DNA of 32,000 bases from an uncultured Chloroflexia bacterium (GCA_963704755.1 OY969938.1:570001-602000), one strand, 5' to 3'. Positions 1-9,191 are shown, counted from the stretch's first letter. A program made the numbers and translations. Notes: generated by a model from the sequence alone, not told the origin.

Positions 1-719
1 CCATTTGCATCACCTTGCCATTAACAAGCGTGCTCATGTTGAGGTTGCCTACCCGAATGAATTCGTCGGAAGTAACCATGACCGGACCCATCGGCGTGAA
101 AGTATCGAATAATTTGCCGATTGCCCACTGCGAAGTACGTTTCTCCAAAACACGATCGCCCAAATCGTTGGCCACAGAAAACCCGGCCAGTACCGAACGC
201 GCTGCGTCTGGCGAGATATTGTGCGCGCGCTTGCCAATAATGACCGCCAACTCGACCTCATAGGCAACGTTCCGGGCAATTCCAGGCAGCAAAACATCCG
301 CCTGGTCCCCCACCAACCCACCCGTTGGTTTCAAAAAGACAGTCGGATAATCTGGTCGCTGCATCTGCTTTTCCGAAGGATAGTTGTTGGCAATACAAAT
401 GATTTTGCCTGGGTTTGGAATTGGCGGTAAAAGTGTCGCCTGATCAAATTCAAAAAGCAGGTTTTTCGACTGCCATTCACTTTCAGAATCATCATAAGAT
501 TGAGCGATCCAATCGGTGGCATTCTTGACCAACTGCATACCGGCTGAATCTAGCCCGGCCAGATCAGTCAAAGTATCCAGCGGGCGATTCGACCAGCCTT
601 CAGGCGGCTCATGGGCCTTTAAAATAAGACTCTGCAGCAAGGGTCAAATCGAATCCAAGCAAACCGACCAACCTGGCAGAACGAATCTGACCTTCAGATA
701 AATAAGAAAACACCTTCAT
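1..719 (-). pseudogene. Fumarylacetoacetate hydrolase (FAH) family enzyme. The 3' end runs off the window and the frame is interrupted near the 5' end.
   Basis: Minus-strand translation of 2-643 gives the FAH-fold core: ...LLPPIPNPGKIICIANNYPSE...YEVELAVIIGKRAHNISPDAARSVLAGFSVANDLGDRVLEKRTSQWAIGKLFDTFTPMGPVMVTSDEF...LVNGKVMQM. A family-typical N-terminus (MKVFSYLSEGQIRSARLVGLLGFDLT) starts at ATG 719-717 but lies in another frame and stops at 609-611. The two frames overlap at 612-643. Confidence 0.75.
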
Positions 720-736
720 TCGAACCTCACATACTC

Positions 737-1547
737 CTACTGGTTGAACTTCGGCTGCCGTTTTTCTAGAAAGGCCGACCGCCCCTCGATAGCATCTTCA
801 CCGCGACCGGTTTTCACCCGCAATTCGCTTTCCAACGCCAGACCGGCCTTTATCCCTTCGGCCAGGCCTACGTTGACACAACGTTTGGCGGCCGCCACGA
901 CCGGCCCGGAATACGCAGCAATCGTGCTGGCAATCTTCAACGCCTCATCCATCATTTTGTCATCCGGGAAGACATATTCAACCAACCCATATTGCAAGGC
1001 TTCCTGGGCCGTGATGACCCGTCCGGTCAATAGCAAGTCCAAGGCCCTGCCCCGGCCGACCAGGCGCGGCAGCCGTTGTGTGCCGCTCCCTGAAGCAAAT
1101 GCGCCTACTTTTACTTCCGGGAAGCCAAATTTGGCGCTCTCATTGGCTATGCGAAAATCACAGGCCAGGGCGAGAACGGCGCCCCCACCCAGGGCGTGCC
1201 CGTTGCAGGCCGCGATGATGGGAAAGCGGGCGTCTTCGATCTGCTGGTTCAATGACGATTCCCAATAATCATTCTGCAGCAGCCAGCCAACTTCCTGGCT
1301 AAAATCCTTGATATCCGAACCCACAGAAAAGGCCTTGCCCACACCGGTGATTACCGCGCAGCGGACTGACAGGTCCTGATTTAGCTCGGTCAAGGTGCTC
1401 ATTAACGCTCTCTTTAACTGCATGGCGAAGCACGCCCAGCGGCTCAGATCCGATGGTAATTAATGCAACACCATCTACCGGGCGAGTGACTCGAATCGCT
1501 TCGGTTTCCTGGGTCAGTTCCGAAGGATCATTCTCGTTATTTGCCAT
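737..1547 (-). pseudogene. Enoyl-CoA hydratase/isomerase (crotonase) family protein with one apparent +1 frame disruption
   Basis: ATG at 1547 has SD GAGG 6 nt upstream and lies 8 nt after the upstream stop. It opens MANNENDPSELTQETEAIRVTRPVDGVALITIGSEPLGVL, a typical first crotonase strand. The core continues in the +1 frame (ORF 737..1423): LSVRCAVITGVGKAFSVGSDIKDF, ACNGHALGGGAVLALACDFRIA, FGFPEVKVG. The junction is at about 1424-1432. Confidence 0.8.
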
Positions 1548-1554
1548 TATGACC

Positions 1555-3138
1555 TCATTCCTTTAAGCGCGCCGGGACATTGCTCCTGGGCTTGGCCGCC
1601 AGGTCTGCCGCCAGACCCATTGGCTCTGCGCCAAACAGGCGCGCATCCATTATCTTTAAATCCGCCGATATTTTCGGACGAAAATCCATATGTCCCAACA
1701 CATCCCGATCCAAATCGATGCCTGGAGCAATTTCGATCAACTCGAGGCCATGATGACCCCGTTTGAACACAGCCCGTTCGGTGATGTAGAGCGCTTCTTG
1801 CCCGCGCTCTTCGGCGAACGGCCCACTATAGGAGATTTGCTCGACTTCATCGAGGAATTTGTTGAATTTGCCTTCTTTATGGATCATCGATTTTCCCTCA
1901 GGCCAATCAATGACGAGATTACCCGCGGTAAACGTACCGCTGAAGATTACCTTCTTGGCGCACTGGCTGATATTGATAAACCCGCCCACGCCAATGATGC
2001 GGCCATTGAAACGGCTCACATTGACGTCGCCGGCAGCATCCACCTGGGCAAACGAAAGGAAAGCCAGGTCGAGCCCGCCGCCATCGTAAAAATCGAACTG
2101 GTAAGGTTGGTCGACGATGGAGGTGTAATTCACGGCCGCCCCGGCATCAGAGGAAGGAGCGCCACCGATGAGGCCCTGCTCGTTGGTCAATACGATCTGA
2201 TCGAGGATACCCTCTTCCGCTGCCACCGTTGCGATACCTGTAGAAATGCCCGAGCCCAGGTTGCAGATGGCGCCCGGGACCAGCTCGAGTGCCGCCCGCC
2301 TGGCAATAACCTTACGAGCGTCCATCGGCAGCGGGGCGATTTCGTTCATGGGGACTTTGATCTCACCGGCATAAGCCGGGCTGTACTCCATAAGATAAGT
2401 TTGTCTTTGGTCAGGGTCCACCACGACCAGATCGACCAGCATGCCCGGAATTTTGACCTCTTTCGCGGGCAAGGTCCCTTTTTGGGCCAACCGGGCTACC
2501 TGCACGATGACCAGGCCGCCGTTGCGGTGGGTGGCCTGAGCCATCGAGAGCATTTCACCGAACACGGCTTCACGTTCCATGCTGACGTTGCCATCCTCAT
2601 CGGCCGTCGTGCCGCGCAGAAAGGCTACATCGATTGTGTACGGTTTGTAAAATAACCACTCCTTGCCATCCAGGTGCACCAGCTCCACCAGATCTTCTTT
2701 GGCACATAAGCTTTGGCGACCCCCGCTCAAGCGCGGATCCACGTACGAATGCAGGCCGACCTGTGAAAATAAGCCGGGCCGCCCGGCCGCCATTTCGCGC
2801 ATCAACTGAGACAGTGAACCTTGAGGCAGCGTATAAGCCTCGACGGTATCCTGGGCAGCCCGCTCCTGGAAGGCCGGGCTGTTGACGAGCGCCCCTGTGA
2901 CAATCCGCTTTACCAGGCCCGGGTGCGCCAGATGGCCCACTCCCTGGCTGACGTTATCGCCAATTCCGACCGGATGCAGCAGGGTCAAATCACCCGGATT
3001 GTTTTCGTTAAGGTACCGTTTTTCGAGTGCTAAGATCAGTTCCTCCGGCACGGCATGCCCGCCGCCGGAACCGCCGATGAGCAGCGTGTCGCCTGAATGA
3101 ATATAACTGACCGCTTTTTCTGAAGAAACAACTTTCAA
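1555..3138 (-). CDS. Family I acyl-CoA:acetate/3-ketoacid CoA-transferase, fused alpha/beta type (YdiF-like)
   Basis: The 527-aa ORF is colinear with my recollection of E. coli YdiF. Shared blocks: GGSGGGHAVPE, TLPQGSLSQ, VDPRLSGG, LVVVDPDQ, FDFYDGGGLDLAFLSFAQVD, FNGRIIGVGGFINIS, YITERAVF...LIEIAPGIDL. Confidence 0.88.
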   Translation of the reverse strand: MKVVSSEKAVSYIHSGDTLLIGGSGGGHAVPEELILALEKRYLNENNPGDLTLLHPVGIGDNVSQGVGHLAHPGLVKRIVTGALVNSPAFQERAAQDTVEAYTLPQGSLSQLMREMAAGRPGLFSQVGLHSYVDPRLSGGRQSLCAKEDLVELVHLDGKEWLFYKPYTIDVAFLRGTTADEDGNVSMEREAVFGEMLSMAQATHRNGGLVIVQVARLAQKGTLPAKEVKIPGMLVDLVVVDPDQRQTYLMEYSPAYAGEIKVPMNEIAPLPMDARKVIARRAALELVPGAICNLGSGISTGIATVAAEEGILDQIVLTNEQGLIGGAPSSDAGAAVNYTSIVDQPYQFDFYDGGGLDLAFLSFAQVDAAGDVNVSRFNGRIIGVGGFINISQCAKKVIFSGTFTAGNLVIDWPEGKSMIHKEGKFNKFLDEVEQISYSGPFAEERGQEALYITERAVFKRGHHGLELIEIAPGIDLDRDVLGHMDFRPKISADLKIMDARLFGAEPMGLAADLAAKPRSNVPARLKE

Positions 3139-3175
3139 GATTTCTCTCCTGGTTCGATTCGCCTGATTTGGGGCA

Positions 3176-4621
3176 TCAGGACTTCTTCATCAGCTTCAAC
3201 TCACCCGCTTCGGGGCGCACTTTGTAAAAATCATCCAAGGGGTAACACCCCGAAACCAATCCTTTGCGCGGGGCCGTGGTGCAATCGCTAAAAGTACGGC
3301 ACACGCGTTTGCGAGCTGCGGGCCGGCCGGCCAATATATCTGCCGGGAATTGGGGGTACGAAAGGGTAGAACGGCCCAGCCCCACGAAATCGATGAGCTG
3401 CGTGCGTACAGCCGCCTGGGCTACATTCGGAATCCAATCCTGTAAATAGCTATACCCCGAGCCGACACAGGCCAGGGTAGGCGCATGAGACTTTATCTCG
3501 GCGGCCACCCGGATCTGTCGCGCTACGCCGATAACAGGATCCTCCGGCGGCAAATAACCGTCGCAAGGTGGGTAATACGCCGGGCGGGTGAGGTGCGGGT
3601 TATAGTAGGGGCTGGCTGCCGAGAAATTGACCAGTTCTACACCCAACTCGGCCAGCAATTTCACCAAGGCAATAGGTTCGTCCAGCTTCAGTTCACCGGG
3701 ACGATCGGGGTCGCCGCCAAATGCATAGGGATAACGGCCATCCTCATCCCGATAGGTCACCATTTGGCCCACATTTTCCTCATCGGGCCGGAACGGCGGC
3801 ATGTCAAAGCTGCTGAAGCGTACACCGATATGCAGGCCTGGGCATTCGTTTTGAATACCGCGCACGATCTCGCGTAAGAAACGGGTGCGATTCTCGAAAC
3901 TGCCGCCGTACTTACCCGGGCGTTTTACCGCGCTGAGGAACTCGTGACCGAGGTAACCGTGGCAGTGTTTGACATCGACGAACTCAAAGCCGATGGCTTG
4001 CGCCCGCCTGGCTGCCCGGACGTAATATCCGATCAAATCGTCAATTTCGGCGTCGGTAATGACTGCTAAATCCGCGGGAACGTTGAAAATCTGATCCAGT
4101 ACCGGGTGATGATAAACAATTTTCGATTCGAGTTTCATCTTCTCGTTCGGGCGGCAAAAACGGCCCGAATGGGTTAATTGCAATCCCACCAGCAAATCAT
4201 CCGTCTGGTCATAAAGCGCTTTGTGCTCGTCCACCAGCGCCTGGCGCAATTTTTCGATATCCCGCATGGTGTGATCGAGGATCATCAACTGGTTCGGGTT
4301 GGCACGTCCTTCCGGTTTTACGGCGGCTGCTTCGCCGCCCCAGATTAGTTTTGCACCGCTGCGGCCAAAATTTTTCCAGCGGCGGAAAACCAATTCGGTC
4401 GGGCGGCCATCGGTGGTTCCATCCCATCCTTCCATCGGATGAATACAAAAACGATTGCCAATTGTCTTGCCGTCTTTGAGCACAAACGTTTGGGCCAGCG
4501 CGCCATCCGGCGCCGGCACAACTTCGTCGTCGAACGGAATATTGACCCCCTGAGACTGCACATGAGCCTTAAATTCTTCAATGGTGCGCATACGCGCTAT
4601 TTGACTGTAATACTGTGTCAT
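3176..4621 (-). CDS. NADH:flavin oxidoreductase, Old Yellow Enzyme family (FMN TIM barrel), with an extended Cys-containing C-terminal tail
   Basis: 481-aa ORF with NRFCIHPMEG, LQLTHSGR, VDVKHCHGYLGHEFLS and FENRTRF. Operon spacing is 37 nt to the CoA-transferase gene and 6 nt from eda. Confidence 0.82.
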   Translation of the reverse strand: MTQYYSQIARMRTIEEFKAHVQSQGVNIPFDDEVVPAPDGALAQTFVLKDGKTIGNRFCIHPMEGWDGTTDGRPTELVFRRWKNFGRSGAKLIWGGEAAAVKPEGRANPNQLMILDHTMRDIEKLRQALVDEHKALYDQTDDLLVGLQLTHSGRFCRPNEKMKLESKIVYHHPVLDQIFNVPADLAVITDAEIDDLIGYYVRAARRAQAIGFEFVDVKHCHGYLGHEFLSAVKRPGKYGGSFENRTRFLREIVRGIQNECPGLHIGVRFSSFDMPPFRPDEENVGQMVTYRDEDGRYPYAFGGDPDRPGELKLDEPIALVKLLAELGVELVNFSAASPYYNPHLTRPAYYPPCDGYLPPEDPVIGVARQIRVAAEIKSHAPTLACVGSGYSYLQDWIPNVAQAAVRTQLIDFVGLGRSTLSYPQFPADILAGRPAARKRVCRTFSDCTTAPRKGLVSGCYPLDDFYKVRPEAGELKLMKKS

Positions 4622-4627
4622 CCTACC

Positions 4628-5323
4628 TCAGCTTTTCAAGAAATCAGGGGGATTCCCGGCCCGGGCGGCCTTAATCCAGGCCAGCACCTGTTTTACCCTG
4701 GTGGTAATTTCGGCATAATTTTCAGATTCAATTAGCTCTTTTTTAAAGAGTTTGCTGCCCATGCCCACGCAGGCCACGCCAGCCTTGAACCATCCATTGA
4801 TGCTGTCTTCGCTCGCATCCACACCACCGGTAGGCATCAAACGCACCCAGGGCATTGGGCCTAAAATGTCTTTGATAAATGCCGGGCCGCCGACTGCCCC
4901 GCCGGGAAACACTTTGCAAATTTCCGCGCCCATTTCTTCGGCATTAGAAATTTCGGTCGCAGATCCGCATCCCGGCATATATGCGATCTTGCGGCGGTTG
5001 CACAAACGGGCAACTTCGGGATTGAAAACAGGGCCCACGATAAAGTTGGCGCCCATCTGAATGTACAGAGCGGCAGTGCCCGCATCCAGCACTGAGCCGG
5101 TGCCCAAAATAACCCGCTCATCACCTTTGAATCGGGTGATGACCTCTTTGAAAACTTCCTGGGCCATATCGCCGCGATTGGTGAATTCAAAGCATTGGAC
5201 GCCCCCATCCGCACAAGCTTCGATCACAGCCGCGGTCACCTTTGCGTCTGGGTGATAAAACACCGGCACCATGCCGGTAGCGATCATCGTAGTTAAGACT
5301 TTTAATCGAGAATATTTAGCCAT
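4628..5323 (-). CDS. eda: 2-dehydro-3-deoxyphosphogluconate / 4-hydroxy-2-oxoglutarate aldolase
   Basis: 231-aa ORF with class I KDPG aldolase features: MVPVFYHPD, CFEFTNR, YMPGCGSATE, CKVFPG, LMPTGGV. It lies directly downstream of kdgK. Confidence 0.85.
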   Translation of the reverse strand: MAKYSRLKVLTTMIATGMVPVFYHPDAKVTAAVIEACADGGVQCFEFTNRGDMAQEVFKEVITRFKGDERVILGTGSVLDAGTAALYIQMGANFIVGPVFNPEVARLCNRRKIAYMPGCGSATEISNAEEMGAEICKVFPGGAVGGPAFIKDILGPMPWVRLMPTGGVDASEDSINGWFKAGVACVGMGSKLFKKELIESENYAEITTRVKQVLAWIKAARAGNPPDFLKS

Positions 5324-5345
5324 TTTTTTCCCAAGGTAGGTAGCT

Positions 5346-6381
5346 TTAACGGCATACCCGGCCGGATTTGTCGCCCTTCATCAATTTTTCGACCTCACTC
5401 ACTGAGACATGATTGAAATCGCCAAAAATCGTGTGTTTTAAAGCGGATGCCGCTAACGCAAAATCGAGCGCTCTTTGGGGGTCACCTTCATAGGTATTCA
5501 GGCCATAAATCAACCCGCCCATAAAACTGTCGCCCCCACCGATACGGTCAACGATATGGGTAATATCGTAAATCCGGCCGGTATACGTCTGGCCAGCCTG
5601 CCAAAGGATAGCGCTCCAGGTATTGTGAGAAGCCGAAATGGAGCCTCTCAGGGTGATGGCGATCGTCTTCAGGCTGGGGAACCGTTTGGCCAGCGTTTCA
5701 CAAACGTATTGATAGTGATCGGCCGGTACATTTCCTTGCGTCACATCGGTTTCGGGAGCCTTGATGCCAAAGACCGCTTCGGCGTCTTCTTCGTTCCCGA
5801 TGGCCAGGTCGCTGTAGGCCACCAGCTCTTCCATGACTTTGGTCGCTGAAGCGCCCCATTTCCACAGCTTGGCTCGATAATTCAAATCACATGAGATCGT
5901 AATGCCCATCCCATGGGCAGCCTTCACGGCTTCGAGACATACAGCCGCCGCCCCGGCGGATAATGAGGGAACAATGCCCGTCCAATGGAACCAGCCCGCA
6001 TCGGCAAAGATAGCATTCCAGTCGAACATATTCGGTGAAATGGTAGCGAAAGCCGAATCGGCCCGGTCATAGATCACCTGGCTGCCCCGCATCACGGCGC
6101 CATTTTCGAGAAAGTAAATTCCCAGCCGGCTGCCGCCGCGTTGAATATAACGAGTACCGACTCCATAGCGGCGTAGATATTGCAGACAGGCTTCTCCCAT
6201 GTCGTTCTGCGGCAGGCGAGTAATAAATTCAGTTTCCAGGCCATAATTGGCCAGCGAAACGGCCACGTTCGAACTCGCCGCCGCCATAGGTGACGTCAAA
6301 GCTGCACGCCTGGCTGAAGCGCAACTGGCCAGGCGGAGAGAGCCGCAACATGATTTCTCCGAGGGTGATAATTTTTTTCAT
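5346..6381 (-). pseudogene. kdgK: 2-dehydro-3-deoxygluconokinase (PfkB family) with a single extra base in codon ~37
   Basis: ATG at 6381 opens MKKIITLGEIMLRLSPPGQLRFSQACSFDVTYGGGE. The rest (SNVAVSLANYGLE...DRIGGGDSFMGGLIYG) is in the +1 frame (ORF 5346..6299). Removing one T from sense-strand GAGTTCG (plus strand 6270-6276) gives GGGESNVAVSLANYG, which fits the KdgK consensus GGAEANVAV. Confidence 0.85.
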
Positions 6382-6385
6382 CGGT

Positions 6386-7165
6386 CTACAACCTGTGAAT
6401 GTGGTATCCGCCATCGACATCGATGACCTGGCCGGTAGAAAATGGCAGGTAATCTTCCGCAATGGCAGTAATGGCCTTGCCAATATCCTCGGGCTGGCCC
6501 CACCGTTTGATAGGAGTGATCCCTTCGGAGATCAATTTCTCGTATTTGTCTTTGACAACTTCTGTCAAAGGCGTCTGGATGATGCCGGGCCGGATTTCAT
6601 AAACGTTGATCCCCTCAGACGCCAGCCGGTCGGCATACAGCAGCGTGTTCATCGATACCGCTGCCTTCGAAATACAATATTCGGCCCGGCTGGTGCTGCT
6701 CGTATATGCGCTCATCGAACCAATATTCACGATTTTTGCAAAGGGAATCTTCTTTGCGGCAATCAATTCGATCATTTTCTTCGAGACGATTTGGGTTAGA
6801 AAATAAGGCCCGATCGTATTTACCGCCAGGACTTCATTCATGCTGTCTTCGCTGATCTCCAGCATATCCATTCTTACCCGTGGGCCGATGCCGGCATTAT
6901 TCACCAATAAGTCGATCTGGCCAAATTTCTGCATGGTCTCATCGACGATCTTCTGCCGGTCAGCTGCCAAAGTGACATTTGCCAGAACAACCCACCCGTC
7001 GGAGCCTTCTTTGCGTACCAATTCGAGTGTTTCAGCCGGCGGAGCGGGGTTACCGATATCGTTAATCACAATTGTCCAACCGGCGCGGGCAAGTTGAACC
7101 GCGATGCCGCGACCAATACCCCGGCCCGATCCTGTAATGATTGCTACTCTCAGCTTTTTCTCCAT
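6386..7165 (-). CDS. Short-chain dehydrogenase/reductase, possibly a KduD/DEH-reductase-like step feeding KDG
   Basis: 259-aa ORF with TGSGRGIGRGIA (TGxxxGxG), NNAG and a catalytic S...YxxxK (YCISK). Its stop is 4 nt before the kdgK start. Confidence 0.85.
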   Translation of the reverse strand: MEKKLRVAIITGSGRGIGRGIAVQLARAGWTIVINDIGNPAPPAETLELVRKEGSDGWVVLANVTLAADRQKIVDETMQKFGQIDLLVNNAGIGPRVRMDMLEISEDSMNEVLAVNTIGPYFLTQIVSKKMIELIAAKKIPFAKIVNIGSMSAYTSSTSRAEYCISKAAVSMNTLLYADRLASEGINVYEIRPGIIQTPLTEVVKDKYEKLISEGITPIKRWGQPEDIGKAITAIAEDYLPFSTGQVIDVDGGYHIHRL

Positions 7166-7188
7166 AGTCCTCGCGTATTAAACCTTTC

Positions 7189-7224
7189 AAGAAAATAGAT
7201 ATTTTTCTCTCTATCCAGAAAAAT
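7189..7224. promoter_or_regulatory. AT-rich overlapping dyads between the IclR gene and the SDR operon start; candidate IclR/KdgR-type operator
   Basis: AGAAAATAGATATTTTTCT (7190-7208) is a near-palindrome. TTTTTCT (7202-7208) and AGAAAAA (7217-7223) form an inverted repeat. The site lies 25-60 nt upstream of the SDR start codon. Confidence 0.3.
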
Positions 7225-7232
7225 ATGCCGTA

Positions 7233-8069
7233 CTAATCACCATGACGTTCATTAAATTGGCCCATCTTTTGAGAGATTGTGGTCGAGGTTGCCATCAATT
7301 TTTTGCCAAACTTCTCGATATCTTCTTTGGGAAACCGTTGAATGGGTACCGAAATGCTGATGGCAGCAATGGGGTAATTATGGCGATCCAATACAGGGGC
7401 ACCTACACAACGGCCGCCCAATTCGTTTTCCTGTTCGTCGATCGCAAAACCACGCTGCTTAATAACCGCCACCTCTCTCAATAGTTTTTCGCTGTCTGTA
7501 ATCGTATAGGGCGTGACCACAGAAAGATCGTAATCTTTCAGCAGCGTTTTGAGCTCGGCATCGGGTAAATATGAAATGATCGCTTTACCCAAGGCAGTAC
7601 TATGTAGCGTTCCACGCCTGCCCAACTCAGAACGGATCCCTAACGAATGGTCACCAAACATTCTTTCGATGTAAACAACCTCGTTACCGTCGCGGATGGC
7701 CAGGTTAACGCTTTCTCCACACCAATCCCGCAACTCTTCCAGCAATGGCGCGGCTACTTTACGTAAATCCAGTTGATCGAGTAAAACGGCTGCCCGCTCG
7801 GCCAGTTTCAAGCCCAAGCGATATTTATGTGTTTGCGGATCCTGATCAAGGTACTGATTGGTCTTCAGGGTATAAATCAACCCGGAGACCGTGCCGATGG
7901 GTAAATCGACGAGCCGTGCAATTTCGGCATTTCCCAGTTCGACATGGGTTTTATCGAACAAATTGATGATATCCAGGGCTCGTTGAACGGATCCAATCAG
8001 CTTGCGAGGCGTTTTTTTTAACGGGTGTTTCCATTTGTGATTCCTATTCTCTGAGATATTTATATTCAT
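7233..8069 (-). CDS. IclR family transcriptional regulator (KdgR-like by context)
   Basis: 278-aa ORF with an N-terminal winged HTH (SVQRALDIINLF...LGNAEIARLVDLPIGTVSGLIYTL) and an IclR effector domain (LGIRSELGRRGTLHSTALGKAI, ELGGRCVGAPV). Confidence 0.88.
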   Translation of the reverse strand: MNINISENRNHKWKHPLKKTPRKLIGSVQRALDIINLFDKTHVELGNAEIARLVDLPIGTVSGLIYTLKTNQYLDQDPQTHKYRLGLKLAERAAVLLDQLDLRKVAAPLLEELRDWCGESVNLAIRDGNEVVYIERMFGDHSLGIRSELGRRGTLHSTALGKAIISYLPDAELKTLLKDYDLSVVTPYTITDSEKLLREVAVIKQRGFAIDEQENELGGRCVGAPVLDRHNYPIAAISISVPIQRFPKEDIEKFGKKLMATSTTISQKMGQFNERHGD

Positions 8070-8161
8070 CGTTCCACTTACAATATTTATAACATCAAAG
8101 AATTAAATCACTATTCGCTCTCGATCCACCAAAAACGTTTCTCGCTTTTATACAAAGGGTA

Positions 8162-8230
8162 AAAATAACCTGACATGAATTTTCCCTGGCCAAAAACCAA
8201 GAATCGCGCCAATTCACGTCAGGTTATTTT
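8162..8230 (-). terminator. Long hairpin downstream of the alpha/beta hydrolase gene
   Basis: AAAATAACCTGACATGAATT (8162-8181) pairs with AATTCACGTCAGGTTATTTT (8211-8230) at 19 of 20 positions. The T-run is part of the 3' arm on both strands. Confidence 0.4.
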
Positions 8231-8260
8231 GGTCAACAATAACTAATACAGGGAACCGGC

Positions 8261-9110
8261 TTACAATTCAGTTACCTTCTTCGCAAATGCGGCCACTTTT
8301 TCATTGAACTCTTCGGGGTTGCAATAGAAGAACACATGGCCGCCTTTTTCAAAGGTATGCGAACTCTTTGTAAACGGCCGGGTTGGTATTAGCCGGGTAA
8401 TATTTCGAAGCCAGGGCTTTACCATTCGCCGTCACGGCCGAATCCGCACCCATAAACAGGATAGGCAGGGTTACTTTGGGCAGCATCTCAAAACCGTTTT
8501 GGAAAACCATGTCGCTGTAAATGGCGAAGGAAATCCAGGCCGGCGTCTTGAGAAACTCATTGGTACTCCATTCGATCTTCAAATCATCGTTGCCCGCCCA
8601 GATCATCTTGGCAAATCCGGCGCAGTAGTCTTCGTTATGATTGTAGGAGAAGGCCAGCGAATTGTTGAAGCCATCCATATTGAAGCCCTTCAGGTGATGG
8701 GCATTCCACTCTTCATCGTGCATAGCTCCCAACGGGCAATCGAGAAGGCCGATAGAATCGATCCGATAATTGTTGTAGAGCATGTGATATTTCAACACGA
8801 ATTGGCCGGCCATCGACCACCCCAACAAGGTGGCGTTGGTCACGTTCAAGTGCTCAAGCAGTTCCTTGATATCCTGCGCGTTGCGGGCAATGGTGTGCCC
8901 CTGCAAACCCTTTGAAGAATTTCCCTGGCCGCGGGGGTCGAAGGTGATGACCCGGTTGGTTTTGGATAACCCAGGAATATTCTTTTCAAAGAACTTGGTG
9001 GAGCAGACAAACCCAGGGACCAATACAATGGGTTTTCCGGCGCCATGATCTTCAAAATAGATCATAGCATCGTCGCTGGTTCTAAAATAGTTTTCCCGTG
9101 TTCCTGCCAT
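8261..9110 (-). pseudogene. Alpha/beta-fold hydrolase with a +1 frame disruption about 30 codons before the natural end
   Basis: ATG at 9110 follows AAAGGAAAGG. The ORF contains HGAGKPIVLVPGF and the nucleophile elbow GWSMAG, and stops at 8349. The +1 frame continues as SHTFEKGGHVFFYCNPEEFNEKVAAFAKKVTEL*, the catalytic-His/C-terminal block typical of the fold, ending at 8261. The junction is at sense-strand GAGTTCG (about 8358-8364). Confidence 0.75.
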
Positions 9111-9191
9111 TTTGACCTTTCCTTTTGATATCAAAAACGATTTTTATCATTTTCTCGAAAATCACGTGTTCAAAGAGCTTCTGATCCCGTT

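Noticed and set aside
1690-2655. Long ORFs antisense to well-supported genes: 1690..2655(+), 12428..13312(+), 21576..22691(+), 29959..30771(+), 28915..29664(-), 27778..28476(-), 27026..27598(-), 9112..9732(+), 19812..20344(-).
   Set aside because: Each lies fully inside a gene with clear family motifs on the other strand. Their products are low-complexity (R/G/A/P-rich) with no recognisable motifs. These are the shadow ORFs expected in GC-rich coding DNA.
6268-6277. Programmed +1 ribosomal frameshifting at GAG-T-TCG as an explanation for the split genes.
   Set aside because: In the permease the hexamer is in a different register relative to the incoming frame. There is no slippery or hungry-codon context and no upstream stimulatory SD as in prfB. 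Unrelated housekeeping-type genes are affected. An indel, whether artefact or mutation, is more parsimonious.
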